From: a virus
IMG/VR virus record: IMGVR_UViG_3300031236_000004
Span: 11,606-75,605 of that record
Reading direction: 5' to 3' (one strand)
DNA length: 64,000 nucleotides
Position 1 is the stretch's first letter. Each line of letters opens with the position of its first letter. The position numbers and the translations under genes were made by a program. Positions 18,142 through 27,460 of this stretch are shown here, piece after piece. The notes below the pieces were generated by a model. It saw only the letters and a list, made by a program, of their open reading frames with translations, was not told where the DNA came from and did not search any database.

Positions 18142-19172
18142 TGGCGACGCCCGGCCTCTTCACCGAGGTGACGCAGGGCCCGTTCGCGCCCGGGTCGGTG
18201 GCCGTCCCGTTCCTGACGGCTAACGCCGGTGGCACCAGCCCGGGACAGGCCGGCGTCTTCGGGCTCAACCCGCTGATGACGCCGAAGTACTCGAAGTGGC
18301 GCCAGCGCGACGCCGAGTACAAGGACACGCTCGCGCGGCTCTACATCTCGCTGCCGACGACCGGCGACGGTTCCGTGGACCCGAAGGTCCGCCAGGCCTT
18401 CCTCGACAGCCTGCCGGGTGACCCCGCCACGCAGGCCCTCGCGCAGGTGCTCATCGCCGGCCCGGGCGGCGGGACCGGCTTCGTCGACTTCTTCCTCGGC
18501 CAGGCCAGCGAGCGAGTCCAGGAGGTCGTGCAGCTCGACAAGGTCCTCGCCGACGACTACGTCGCGTTCTTCTTCGGGCAGGAGCCGCCGCGGTTCGAGT
18601 ACTCGGGCATGCTGCTCAACTCGCTCCAGGACGACCAGCGGTCGGGCTTCGCGCGGGCCTACGGCGCGCTCCTGCGCGGCACCCAGCTGGCGCGCCGCGG
18701 CGCGCTCGCGCGGCTCAAGTACGACTCGGTGATCGTCTCCGGCGTGATGCTGGCGCACCAGCAGACGCTGAACGCCGACAACGAGCTGGCCGTGCCGTTC
18801 TCGTTCTCCTTCCTGGTGAAGGAGTACGTGATCCAGGCGGACCTGCCGTTCGCCAAGATCGACCAGGCTCAGTACGTCCAGCTGTCCGCCGACCTCGCCG
18901 TCGCCAACCTGTCGACGACGGGCGACACGCAGTCCAGCGGGGTCAGCGCGACCGCGACAGCGCCGCCCGTCCCGGCCTCGACGTCGACCGCCGGCGCCGC
19001 GCAGAATACCGCCGTGGTCGATCCCAGCCAGAACGCGGCGCAGCAGACGGTGACCGCGGCGAACGCCTCGAACCAGCCTCCGTCCCCGACGAGCAATCTC
19101 TACGGGACGCCTGTCGACGACCCGGAGAATATCGAGATAGACCCACCCCCGCCTCCGAGCGGTTCGCCGTGA
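18141..19172 (+). CDS. tail/baseplate-associated protein
   Basis: Position after tape measure; beta-rich core FFFGQEPPRFEYSG...PFSFSFLV; low-complexity C-terminus. Confidence 0.6.
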   Translation: MATPGLFTEVTQGPFAPGSVAVPFLTANAGGTSPGQAGVFGLNPLMTPKYSKWRQRDAEYKDTLARLYISLPTTGDGSVDPKVRQAFLDSLPGDPATQALAQVLIAGPGGGTGFVDFFLGQASERVQEVVQLDKVLADDYVAFFFGQEPPRFEYSGMLLNSLQDDQRSGFARAYGALLRGTQLARRGALARLKYDSVIVSGVMLAHQQTLNADNELAVPFSFSFLVKEYVIQADLPFAKIDQAQYVQLSADLAVANLSTTGDTQSSGVSATATAPPVPASTSTAGAAQNTAVVDPSQNAAQQTVTAANASNQPPSPTSNLYGTPVDDPENIEIDPPPPPSGSP

Positions 19173-19609
19173 GCGTCGCGTGCTGGTACGGCCCGTCGTC
19201 GGCCCTCGAGCTTCAGACCCTGCAGCCCATTCCGACGTACGCCCTCGAGCAGCTGCGGCAGCGCCTGCTGTTCGCGCTCACCACGTCGAGGTCGCCGACC
19301 ACGTCCGCGCGCGTGCTCCTGCAGATGGTCACGGAGACCGAGATCGGCGTCGCGCTCCAGAAGATCGTCGCGTTCCCGCCCGACGTCGCGAGCGTCGTCG
19401 TGTGCGAGCGCCGTCGCTACGTCGACGTCGACTTCGACATGCGGCTGCAGGGCTACCTGGTGAATCCGGCGCTCGCCGCGCTCGCCGGCTACGTCAGCAT
19501 CCCGGCCCCGTACGTCGATCTGGTGGCCCTCTACGCCAACTCAGACTACCCGCGGTACCGCGTGAGCGCGCTCGCCGCCGCCGTCTGCATGGGAGCCGCC
19601 CTCCAGTGA
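19169..19609 (+). CDS. hypothetical protein in tail operon
   Basis: 146 aa with GTGA overlaps on both sides. Confidence 0.65.
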   Translation: MSVACWYGPSSALELQTLQPIPTYALEQLRQRLLFALTTSRSPTTSARVLLQMVTETEIGVALQKIVAFPPDVASVVVCERRRYVDVDFDMRLQGYLVNPALAALAGYVSIPAPYVDLVALYANSDYPRYRVSALAAAVCMGAALQ

Positions 19610-22600
19610 CCGCGTCGCCGAGCCGCAGCACGTTCGCCTCGAGCGCGCCCCACCAGGCCGCGTTCATCGTCTACATCAACGGCCTGGAGGTGCCCGCCAA
19701 GTCGGTCTCGATGCGCTTCGGCGTGTGGGTCACGCCGGAGATGCAGGTCGAGATGGTCGCGGACCCGGTGCTGATCCGCCTCGGCAACGAGGATCGGGTC
19801 CAGGTCGCCGTGTTCTACCTCGACGACTGCGCCGTCGACCCGAGCGTCCAGCCCGAGTTCAGGCTCTTCGGCGAGGGCGAGATCACGGGGTGGGGCTACC
19901 GCAACACGTCGGGCGGTCGCTCGATCGTGTTCACCGTCGTCAACCAGATCGCGATCTTCACGCAGCTGTTCGTCCAGTTCATGACGACGCTCGACGACAT
20001 GGTCGGCCACAGCGCAGCCATCGACTCGACGACGAAGATCTCGGTCCCATCGAGCGAGCTGGTGTTCCCGTTCGCGCTGTTCCAGCAGGGGCTGCTGCCG
20101 ACGCAGGGACAAAAGAACTCGCTCATCACGCGCCCCTTCGACTTCCTCTACAACGCCGTCCGCTGGATGATGGACTCGGTCGTGCCGGCGGACCAGCGCA
20201 CCGTCCCGGCCGCGAACTTCTTCACGCGCTGGGCCCGCCTGACCAACTTCCACAACCGGTTCGCCGGGTGCCCGTCGTTCGACGCGACTAGCAACGCGAG
20301 CGTGTTTCCTGTATTGCAGGCTCTTCAGAGCACGTCGGCGATCGACGCCGTGATCAAGAACCTCATCCCGAACGTCCAGAACACGGGGTCCATCTGGGAC
20401 ATGCTGCAGCTCGTCTTCCAGACCATGCTGATGGAGATCGCGATGATCCCGGGGATGCCCCTGGTGAGCGTCAGCCTCGCCACCGGCATGGTGCTGCAGA
20501 CGGACTTCAGCTCGCACCAGCTGGTCCTGTCCGACGTCTTCACCTCGGGTCCTGGCATCCCTCCGCCCGTCAACACGCCCGCGTACACGGCCCTCGGCGC
20601 GGGCGCGCGCGGCCAGTGGGTCCCGACGGTCTCGGACGCCGCCCGCGCGACGCAGCCGCTGCGGATGCAGAACTATTTCCCCAAGCCGCAGATGCTGTTC
20701 AGCATCCCGCCCTCGTGCAACGTCATCTTCCCGTCGCAGCTCAAGACGATCGCGTACGAGGAGAACTACGCCACGCAGCCGACCCGGCTGTACCTCAACG
20801 ACGAAGTGCTCACGCAAATCGTGAAGGCACCGCAGAGCGGTCTGACGCAGTCGATTGAGAACGCGCTCACTATTGCATACCCTCCGCTGGCCGATCAGAT
20901 CCTGCAGAGTGCACTGAAGCAGCCCATCTACCACGCCAAGAACTTCCTCCTGTACCCCGAGGAGTTCTTCAAGGGCCCGGTCATGGATCGGAGAACGGCG
21001 CCTCCGTGGTTGTTCTTCCTGAAGCAGAACGAGGTCACGCAGGTCACGGCACCTGCGGACAACGCGGCGCCGCCGAATCCGGCGACGCCGGCGCAGACCG
21101 GCAACCAGGCACCGCCGAGGCCTGGCTCCGTCGCGCCCGGCGTTATGGTTACACAGTCGAACGCGGGCGTCGCGGGCGCGGGTCCTGGCGGGCGTCGCCA
21201 GTACGACCCGGCCACGGAGGCCCTGCGTCCCAAGATCCAGGCGCTCATCGGTACGGGCTACAACGCCATCCCACTCGATTTTGCGCTCTGCTGGGTCAAC
21301 ATGGAGTCCGGCGGGAGCATCAAGTCGACGGACCCCAGCGACGGTTCGATTGGCTACTTCCAGCTCAACAACGCGGAGCGCCCCAGCCTGCGCTCCGCCG
21401 CGTTTCCGGAGGGGGTCACGTCCGCGCAGGTCCTCGCACTGAATTCCAACTTGTCCGACTTCAACCCGGCCACCAACACGGCGATCACGTCGGGTCTGGC
21501 GTTCATCGCGCAGCTGCGCCCGCGCGCGAACGCGCTCGCCAAGCAGTTCGGGCTCAACTGGTCAGAGGGCGACATGTGGCGCCTGACTAAGGCGTTCCAC
21601 GCGGGCATCGGCTTCTGGGGAGGCACCACGTCCGGGTACCCCGGCTTCTTCGCGATCGCGAAGCAGGCGCTGGGCGGTCCCGCGCCGGACTGGTCCTCTC
21701 TGTTCAACGCGGTCCTGCCTACCCTCACGCCCGGCGGCCAGCTCCACCGAGCCCTGATGAACGCGACCGCGTGCGGGGGCGTGATCGCTACGGCCAGCGG
21801 CACGATGATCACGAAAGAGGATCCGCGGCCGTTCACGGCGCCGAGCGCGACGCCCTCGCCGCCGGCTCCGTCTGTCGCCACGTCAGCGCCGCCCGCGCCG
21901 CCCGCACCCGCGGACGCCGCTCCCGTCGTCGACGCGACCACGCAGGCCGCCGTCGCGACCTTCACCGAGGACGTCTACCACCTCTACGCGAAGTACGAGT
22001 ACTTCCGCGAGCGCTACGCCCGCCGAAGCGGCTCGGCCACCGTCGCGTGGAACCCCTACGTCGTGCCCGGTTTCCCGGGCGCGATCTTCGACCAGCGCGC
22101 CTCCCGCGTCGACCTGATGGTCTACATCACGGGGGTCCAGCTGAGCATGTCGCACGCCGGACAGCGGTCAACGACGCTGTCGTTCCTCTACGGCCGCCAG
22201 TTCCAGGAGATGTTCGAGCAGCTCGCGACCGAGTTCGCGCAGAACGACGCCACGGCGCGCGGGTCGGGCCCGCAGGAGCCCATCCGGGCGATCAGCAACA
22301 TCGTCCAGTCGTTCCCGCAGGCGGAGACGTTCTACCAGCAGCTCTTCTACGGCGGTCAGTCGCTGTTCGGCAAGGCCGCGTCGTTCGACTTCCGAGCCGT
22401 CGTCGGGCTGGAGTCCACCGTGCCGGGCGGTTCCCCGGAGCCCATCTTCGTCGACGGGCCAGACTCGGCGACGCAGGACGGCAACATCGCGGCCGCGCAG
22501 ACCATCTCGACCCTGCTGACGAAGCAGGTGGCGGCGACGTCGCTCGTCGCGTCGCTGCAGTCCCAGCTGGAGGCGGCGCAGGGCACCGCGGACACGTACG

Positions 22601-23178
22601 CGAGCCAGGGTTCGACGGTCGCGCGGGCCGCGTACCTCGCGGCCACCCAGGACGCGGCCGACCTGCGGACCCAGATCCTGGGCGCGCAGGCGCAGCTGAC
22701 GTCCATCAACGTGCAGATCGCGGCCGCGACCACGACGCTCCAGGCGCAGACGGGAACCCCCGGCGTGCCGCGGGTGCTGCACAACCTCGACGACGCGGCC
22801 GCGCGCCCGCTCGTCCCGCTTCCAGCCACGCAGACGCTGTTCGACAGCTACGACGCCGCGACGGCCTACAACTGGCGGCCGATCTGCACGCTCGACGAGT
22901 ACGTCATCTTCTACGACGTCGCGGGCGTCGGCGCGATCCCCGCGTACGGCCACCCGCGCAGCGTCGGCGCGCGCTACTTCGACCGCATCCGCACGCTCAC
23001 GCCGCCGCCGGCTCCGGTGAACGGCGTGCCCTTCGCGCCGCCGCCCGGGTCCGACGGCACGACGACGACCGCGGTACCGGGCCTCAACCAGGCATTTCCC
23101 CAGGTCGCCGCGGATTGGGACGCGCAGCTGCTCGCGTACAAGAACAACGTGCTCAACGTGAAGGCCCCCCGCACGTGA
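19606..23178 (+). CDS. baseplate hub-like protein with internal lytic transglycosylase domain
   Basis: True start GTG 19606. SLT-like motifs ALCWVNMESGG, GYFQL, KAFHAG flanked by Pro/Ala linkers. Confidence 0.65.
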   Translation: MTASPSRSTFASSAPHQAAFIVYINGLEVPAKSVSMRFGVWVTPEMQVEMVADPVLIRLGNEDRVQVAVFYLDDCAVDPSVQPEFRLFGEGEITGWGYRNTSGGRSIVFTVVNQIAIFTQLFVQFMTTLDDMVGHSAAIDSTTKISVPSSELVFPFALFQQGLLPTQGQKNSLITRPFDFLYNAVRWMMDSVVPADQRTVPAANFFTRWARLTNFHNRFAGCPSFDATSNASVFPVLQALQSTSAIDAVIKNLIPNVQNTGSIWDMLQLVFQTMLMEIAMIPGMPLVSVSLATGMVLQTDFSSHQLVLSDVFTSGPGIPPPVNTPAYTALGAGARGQWVPTVSDAARATQPLRMQNYFPKPQMLFSIPPSCNVIFPSQLKTIAYEENYATQPTRLYLNDEVLTQIVKAPQSGLTQSIENALTIAYPPLADQILQSALKQPIYHAKNFLLYPEEFFKGPVMDRRTAPPWLFFLKQNEVTQVTAPADNAAPPNPATPAQTGNQAPPRPGSVAPGVMVTQSNAGVAGAGPGGRRQYDPATEALRPKIQALIGTGYNAIPLDFALCWVNMESGGSIKSTDPSDGSIGYFQLNNAERPSLRSAAFPEGVTSAQVLALNSNLSDFNPATNTAITSGLAFIAQLRPRANALAKQFGLNWSEGDMWRLTKAFHAGIGFWGGTTSGYPGFFAIAKQALGGPAPDWSSLFNAVLPTLTPGGQLHRALMNATACGGVIATASGTMITKEDPRPFTAPSATPSPPAPSVATSAPPAPPAPADAAPVVDATTQAAVATFTEDVYHLYAKYEYFRERYARRSGSATVAWNPYVVPGFPGAIFDQRASRVDLMVYITGVQLSMSHAGQRSTTLSFLYGRQFQEMFEQLATEFAQNDATARGSGPQEPIRAISNIVQSFPQAETFYQQLFYGGQSLFGKAASFDFRAVVGLESTVPGGSPEPIFVDGPDSATQDGNIAAAQTISTLLTKQVAATSLVASLQSQLEAAQGTADTYASQGSTVARAAYLAATQDAADLRTQILGAQAQLTSINVQIAAATTTLQAQTGTPGVPRVLHNLDDAAARPLVPLPATQTLFDSYDAATAYNWRPICTLDEYVIFYDVAGVGAIPAYGHPRSVGARYFDRIRTLTPPPAPVNGVPFAPPPGSDGTTTTAVPGLNQAFPQVAADWDAQLLAYKNNVLNVKAPRT

Positions 23179-23933
23179 CGAGCCTGGCTGCCATCGCGAA
23201 GCTCGCAGCGACGAGCCGGCAGACGTCGGACCTCGAGGCGTGGCACGCCTGGAAGGCGAAGCCGACGGACGCCAACGCGAGCGCGCTGCTCGCGCAGGTC
23301 TCCCCGCTCATCCACCGCGAGGCCAACAAGTGGGCGGGCTCGCTCGCGAGGCCCCTGCTCGAGACGGAGGGCAAGCGCCTGGCGATGCAGGCGTTCCACA
23401 GCTACGACCCCGGCAAGGGCGCCGCCCTGGGGACGCACGTCGTCAACTCGCTGCAGCGGATGTCCCGGCTGTCGTACGCGAACCAGAACGTCGCCCGGCT
23501 GCCCGAGAACAAGATGCTGCTGTACCACGGCTTCAACGTGGCCCACTCGGAACTGTCCGACGCGCTGGGCCGCGCTCCGACGGCCGACGAACTGGCCGAT
23601 CGGCTCGCGTGGCCCGTCGACAAGGTCGCGGAGTACCGCAAGTCGATCGGTCGGCGCGAGATGCTCGAGTCCGGCGGCCTGTTCGAGGGCAGCGACGCCG
23701 GGCTCTACGACGCGGACAAGTCGGACCACGTCGTCGACTTCATCCACCACGACCTGCCGCCGCCGCAGAAGGCGATCTTCGAGCATTTGACAGGCTACGG
23801 AGGGGCTGACGTCCTGTCGAACCAGGAGATCCAGAAGAAGCTCGGCCTGACGCAGGGGCAGTACTCGCACCTCAAGGGCAAGCTCGTCGCGCGCGTCGAG
23901 GCGCTGACCGCCGGGGGCAGCCGTGGCGGGTAG
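23175..23933 (+). CDS. sigma-70-family factor (regions 2-3-4)
   Basis: GTG 23175. AFHSYDPGKGAALGTHV (region 2), LGRAPTADELADRL (region 3), LPPPQKAIF...SNQEIQKKLG (region 4). Confidence 0.8.
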   Translation: MTSLAAIAKLAATSRQTSDLEAWHAWKAKPTDANASALLAQVSPLIHREANKWAGSLARPLLETEGKRLAMQAFHSYDPGKGAALGTHVVNSLQRMSRLSYANQNVARLPENKMLLYHGFNVAHSELSDALGRAPTADELADRLAWPVDKVAEYRKSIGRREMLESGGLFEGSDAGLYDADKSDHVVDFIHHDLPPPQKAIFEHLTGYGGADVLSNQEIQKKLGLTQGQYSHLKGKLVARVEALTAGGSRGG

Positions 23934-25011
23934 CGCGCCACCGCCGCCGGGTCCGCCGGGGACCCCGGCGGACGTCGTGCTGCGCCTCGCGCGCGCCGGC
24001 GCCGGCCAGCGCGCCCGCGTCGGCTCTGATCTGAACCAGGCGCAGGTCGTCCCCGAGTACGACGCCGCGACCAAGAGCTACCTCTACGAGACCGCGCCGA
24101 CCGCGCTCAAGCAGCTCTTCGGTTCGCCGCTCGCGCAGAAGGGCAGCTTCGCGCGCGGCCGCGACGGCGAGAGGCTGGTCACGAGCGGCTGGGGCGACCC
24201 GCCGCCCCCGGGAGCCGGGTCCACGTCCTACAACCAGGCGATCGAGTTCGCCGCCGCGCTCGGCGAGACGGTCTTCGCGGCCGCCGACGGAATCGTCCAG
24301 TTCGTCGGCGTGCAGGCGTCGGCCGGCGGCGTGCCGGTGCCCGGGGTCCACGCGGACGAGTCCGCGCAGACGATCTTGGGCAGCAGCAACGTCGTCGTCG
24401 CGTCGTCAGCTCAGGGCAACGTCGGCTTCGGCGGCATCTACGTCGCCGTCCAGCACGACGGGGACTTCCAGGGCTACCAGACCGAGTACCACCGCCTCTC
24501 GACGGTCTCGGTCGCGAGCGGCCAGGCCGTCACCATGGGCCAGGCGATCGGCACCGTCGGCGGTGCGGGCGGCGCCTCCGGGTGGGCGAGGCAGAACTTC
24601 GTCCTGCGCTTCCAGATCGCGCTCGCCTCCGGCGGCATCCGCGCGCTGGTCAACCCGACCGCGCTCGTGCCGAACGTCTGGCCCGGGCACGCGGACTCGA
24701 CCAACACCAGCGAGGCCTCGTCGGTCCTCGTCCCGATCATCGGCCCGGTGGGGAGCCAGATGGCGATCGCGCGCGCCGCCAACCTCGTCATCGCGCTCAA
24801 CCGCAACACCGCGCTGGAGAACAAGGGCGTCGCCGAGACCAAGGCCGACATGTCCGCTCACGCGGCGAAGACCGCCCAGAACATCGCCGTGGAGAGCTGC
24901 GCGGCCCAGGCGGCCTTCAATGGGTTCCAGGACCCGGGCTCGGTGGTGCAGAACCCCATGGCATTCAACTTCACGACGGGACTCTGGACGCCGGACGGGA
25001 GGCCCGTCTGA
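23923..25011 (+). CDS. M23 peptidase-fold protein, catalytic residues degenerate
   Basis: GETVFAAADGIVQ, GIYVAVQH, YHRLSTVSVASGQAVTMGQAIGTVG; the HxxxD and HxH Zn ligands are absent. Confidence 0.7.
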   Translation: MAGSAPPPPGPPGTPADVVLRLARAGAGQRARVGSDLNQAQVVPEYDAATKSYLYETAPTALKQLFGSPLAQKGSFARGRDGERLVTSGWGDPPPPGAGSTSYNQAIEFAAALGETVFAAADGIVQFVGVQASAGGVPVPGVHADESAQTILGSSNVVVASSAQGNVGFGGIYVAVQHDGDFQGYQTEYHRLSTVSVASGQAVTMGQAIGTVGGAGGASGWARQNFVLRFQIALASGGIRALVNPTALVPNVWPGHADSTNTSEASSVLVPIIGPVGSQMAIARAANLVIALNRNTALENKGVAETKADMSAHAAKTAQNIAVESCAAQAAFNGFQDPGSVVQNPMAFNFTTGLWTPDGRPV

Positions 25012-25457
25012 TGCCCGCCTACGACGTCAACATCCAGATCATCTCCGCCGCCGACTACACCGGCATGGCGTTCTACTCGTTCGGGCAGACGCGCTCGCTC
25101 GGCGTGCGCGGCATCCAGAAGCTCGTCAACATGGTCGCCAAGTTCCTGCTCACGCCGATCGGGACGGACCCGCTCGACCCGACCTACGGGACCAACTTCA
25201 CCTACCTGATCGGCTCGAACGTCGACATCAGCGACGCGCGCGAGGTGCTGGACGCGGCCGTCGACCAGACCGCCGCCGCGATCATCGGCTGGCAGACGGG
25301 CGCCCCCGTGCCGGACGACGAGCGGCTCGCGACCCTCGCCGTGAGCGCCTACATCCAGATCCCAGACGGCCCAGGCTTTGCCGCGCAGATCCTGATCACC
25401 AACGTCAGCGGTCAGCAGCTTCAGATTCTCCTACCGACGCTGGAGGTCCGGCAGTGA
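25011..25457 (+). CDS. gp25-like baseplate wedge protein
   Basis: KLVNMVAKFLLTPIGTDPLDPTYGT; lies directly before baseplate J. Confidence 0.75.
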   Translation: MPAYDVNIQIISAADYTGMAFYSFGQTRSLGVRGIQKLVNMVAKFLLTPIGTDPLDPTYGTNFTYLIGSNVDISDAREVLDAAVDQTAAAIIGWQTGAPVPDDERLATLAVSAYIQIPDGPGFAAQILITNVSGQQLQILLPTLEVRQ

Positions 25458-27454
25458 GCACGACCATCACGATCGACGCGTCCGACGTCACCGCGGCCAC
25501 AAACTTCCTCCAGCAGTTCTTAACTGACCAAGTTCCTCTCGGCGACTTCACCGCCGGGACCGCGCTGCGCGACATCGCCATCAAGGCGATCGCGGCGGTC
25601 GTCGCGTTCCTGCGCGGCGACGCGGCCCAGATCCGCCAGATGCAGTCGCTGGTCACCGTGCAGGCCGCGACGGGCGGCGACCCCGAGGCCCTCGCCGACG
25701 CGGTCACCGGCATCCTGTCCAACTTCTTCGTCACCGCCGGGGCGGGGACGTACGCGCGCGGCTTCGCGATCGGCCACGCGTCGTCGCCCTCCGACGTGTT
25801 CATCCCGTCGACGATCAGCTTCACGTACAACGCGGGGCTCGTCTTCGTCGTCGACAACGGCGGCAACACGCTGTTCATCCCGCAGGCGCAGCTCGTGCCG
25901 ATCATCGACACGACCGGCGACGTGCTCGACTACGAGTTCCGCATCCCGCTCGTGGCCGTCGCGACGGGTACCCAGTACAACATCCAGCCGGGCTTGTTCG
26001 TGGGGTTCGACCGCTTCAACCCCTACGTCACCAGCGTCGAGTGCACGACCACCTTCGAGGGCGGAGACGGGCCGGAGTCGACGACCGCGCTCATCGCGCG
26101 CGCGCCTACCGCGATCTCGACCCGGTGCCTCATCAACACCCGGTCCATCCCCGCGACGCTTGACGCCAACTTCGACGGCATCGACGCCGTGCTGGTCGTC
26201 GGCATGGGCGACCCCGAGATGATGCGCGACATCGTCCCCACGATCGCGCCGCACCTGCTGGTCCACGTCGGCGGCTGCGCCGACGTCTACCTGCGCACCG
26301 CGCTGGTCGAGACCTCGGTCACCGCCGCCGTCGGCGGCCTGTTCGCGCGCCCCGACGGCGTCGCCAACGCGTTCCGCGACGGGCTGACGAGCTTCTCGGG
26401 GGTCCATCCCGGCGACGTCATCACCATCACGGCGGGGCTCCCCACCGTCCCGCTGCAGTTCCTCGTGACCGAGAACCTGGGGACCACGCTCCTGGTGAGC
26501 GAGTCGGCCCCGTTCCCGATCGCGACCGACCAGGCCGACCCGCCGACCACGGTCAGCTACACGATCGGCCGCGTCGCGCCGCTCTACAACGACGTCGTCT
26601 CGGGCGTGGGCGGCGTGCCGCTGACCACGGGGTCTACGTCGGGGTCGATCGGGATGTCCGGGCGCATCACCATGCCGGGCGGCCCGGTGATGAACATCCT
26701 CGATGTCGCCGTCGTCAACCCGCCGGTCGGGGAGTCGGCCTACGTCTCCACGCTGGACGGGTTCGAGCACTTCCCCAACCAGGTCAACCAGGTCCCGTCC
26801 CAGCTGCAGACCCCGGCGCAGGGACTCCAGTTCCAGACGGTCATCCACAACCCCCAGAGCGCCCAGAGTGCCCAGCAGTGGATGGAGGTCGTCGTCGGCA
26901 CGGACCTGAACCAGGGCAGGTTCGACGGCCTAAACCTGCGCGTCACCTACCAGACGCTCGACCAGTTCGGCGCGATCGACGAGTTCGTACGGAGCACGGA
27001 CGAGCGGATCGTCGCCGCTTACCTGCTGCCGCGGGCCCACAACCCGATCGTCATCAGCATGGCGATCTCGTACGTACTCAGCGCGTCCGCTACCGTGCTG
27101 GTCGACGACGGGGCGATCGCCCAGACGGTCGCGAGCTACGTCAACGCGTTCGACGCGACCGACGCGCAGATCAGCGTGTCGGCGATCATCCAGCTCATCT
27201 TGAACACCTACCCGTCGATCGCCTACCTGGTCCCGCCGCTGGCGGGCCAGCCCATCCTGACGATCTTCTACAGCCTGCTCGCGCCCACGGGCGACGTGTT
27301 CTCGTACGCGTCGTCGGACATCGTCACGGTCGACCCCTCGCGCATGATCGCGGGCCCGACGTCGTACACGCTGGCGTCGCTCGGCGTCACCGACCGGGTG
27401 ATGCGGTACGTGGCCGCCGCGTCGGACGTCGTCGTCAAGCAGCAGGGGACCTAG
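25454..27454 (+). CDS. baseplate J-like protein
   Basis: GTG 25454. LVAVATGTQYNIQPG, FEGGDGPESTTALIAR and VVGMGDPEMMRD pattern. Confidence 0.75.
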   Translation: MSTTITIDASDVTAATNFLQQFLTDQVPLGDFTAGTALRDIAIKAIAAVVAFLRGDAAQIRQMQSLVTVQAATGGDPEALADAVTGILSNFFVTAGAGTYARGFAIGHASSPSDVFIPSTISFTYNAGLVFVVDNGGNTLFIPQAQLVPIIDTTGDVLDYEFRIPLVAVATGTQYNIQPGLFVGFDRFNPYVTSVECTTTFEGGDGPESTTALIARAPTAISTRCLINTRSIPATLDANFDGIDAVLVVGMGDPEMMRDIVPTIAPHLLVHVGGCADVYLRTALVETSVTAAVGGLFARPDGVANAFRDGLTSFSGVHPGDVITITAGLPTVPLQFLVTENLGTTLLVSESAPFPIATDQADPPTTVSYTIGRVAPLYNDVVSGVGGVPLTTGSTSGSIGMSGRITMPGGPVMNILDVAVVNPPVGESAYVSTLDGFEHFPNQVNQVPSQLQTPAQGLQFQTVIHNPQSAQSAQQWMEVVVGTDLNQGRFDGLNLRVTYQTLDQFGAIDEFVRSTDERIVAAYLLPRAHNPIVISMAISYVLSASATVLVDDGAIAQTVASYVNAFDATDAQISVSAIIQLILNTYPSIAYLVPPLAGQPILTIFYSLLAPTGDVFSYASSDIVTVDPSRMIAGPTSYTLASLGVTDRVMRYVAAASDVVVKQQGT

Positions 27455-27460
27455 GCGCCC

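Noticed and set aside
26926-26935. TAAAC inside the baseplate J gene as another motif copy
   Set aside because: Intragenic and lacks the G-Y-Y-N-G spacing.
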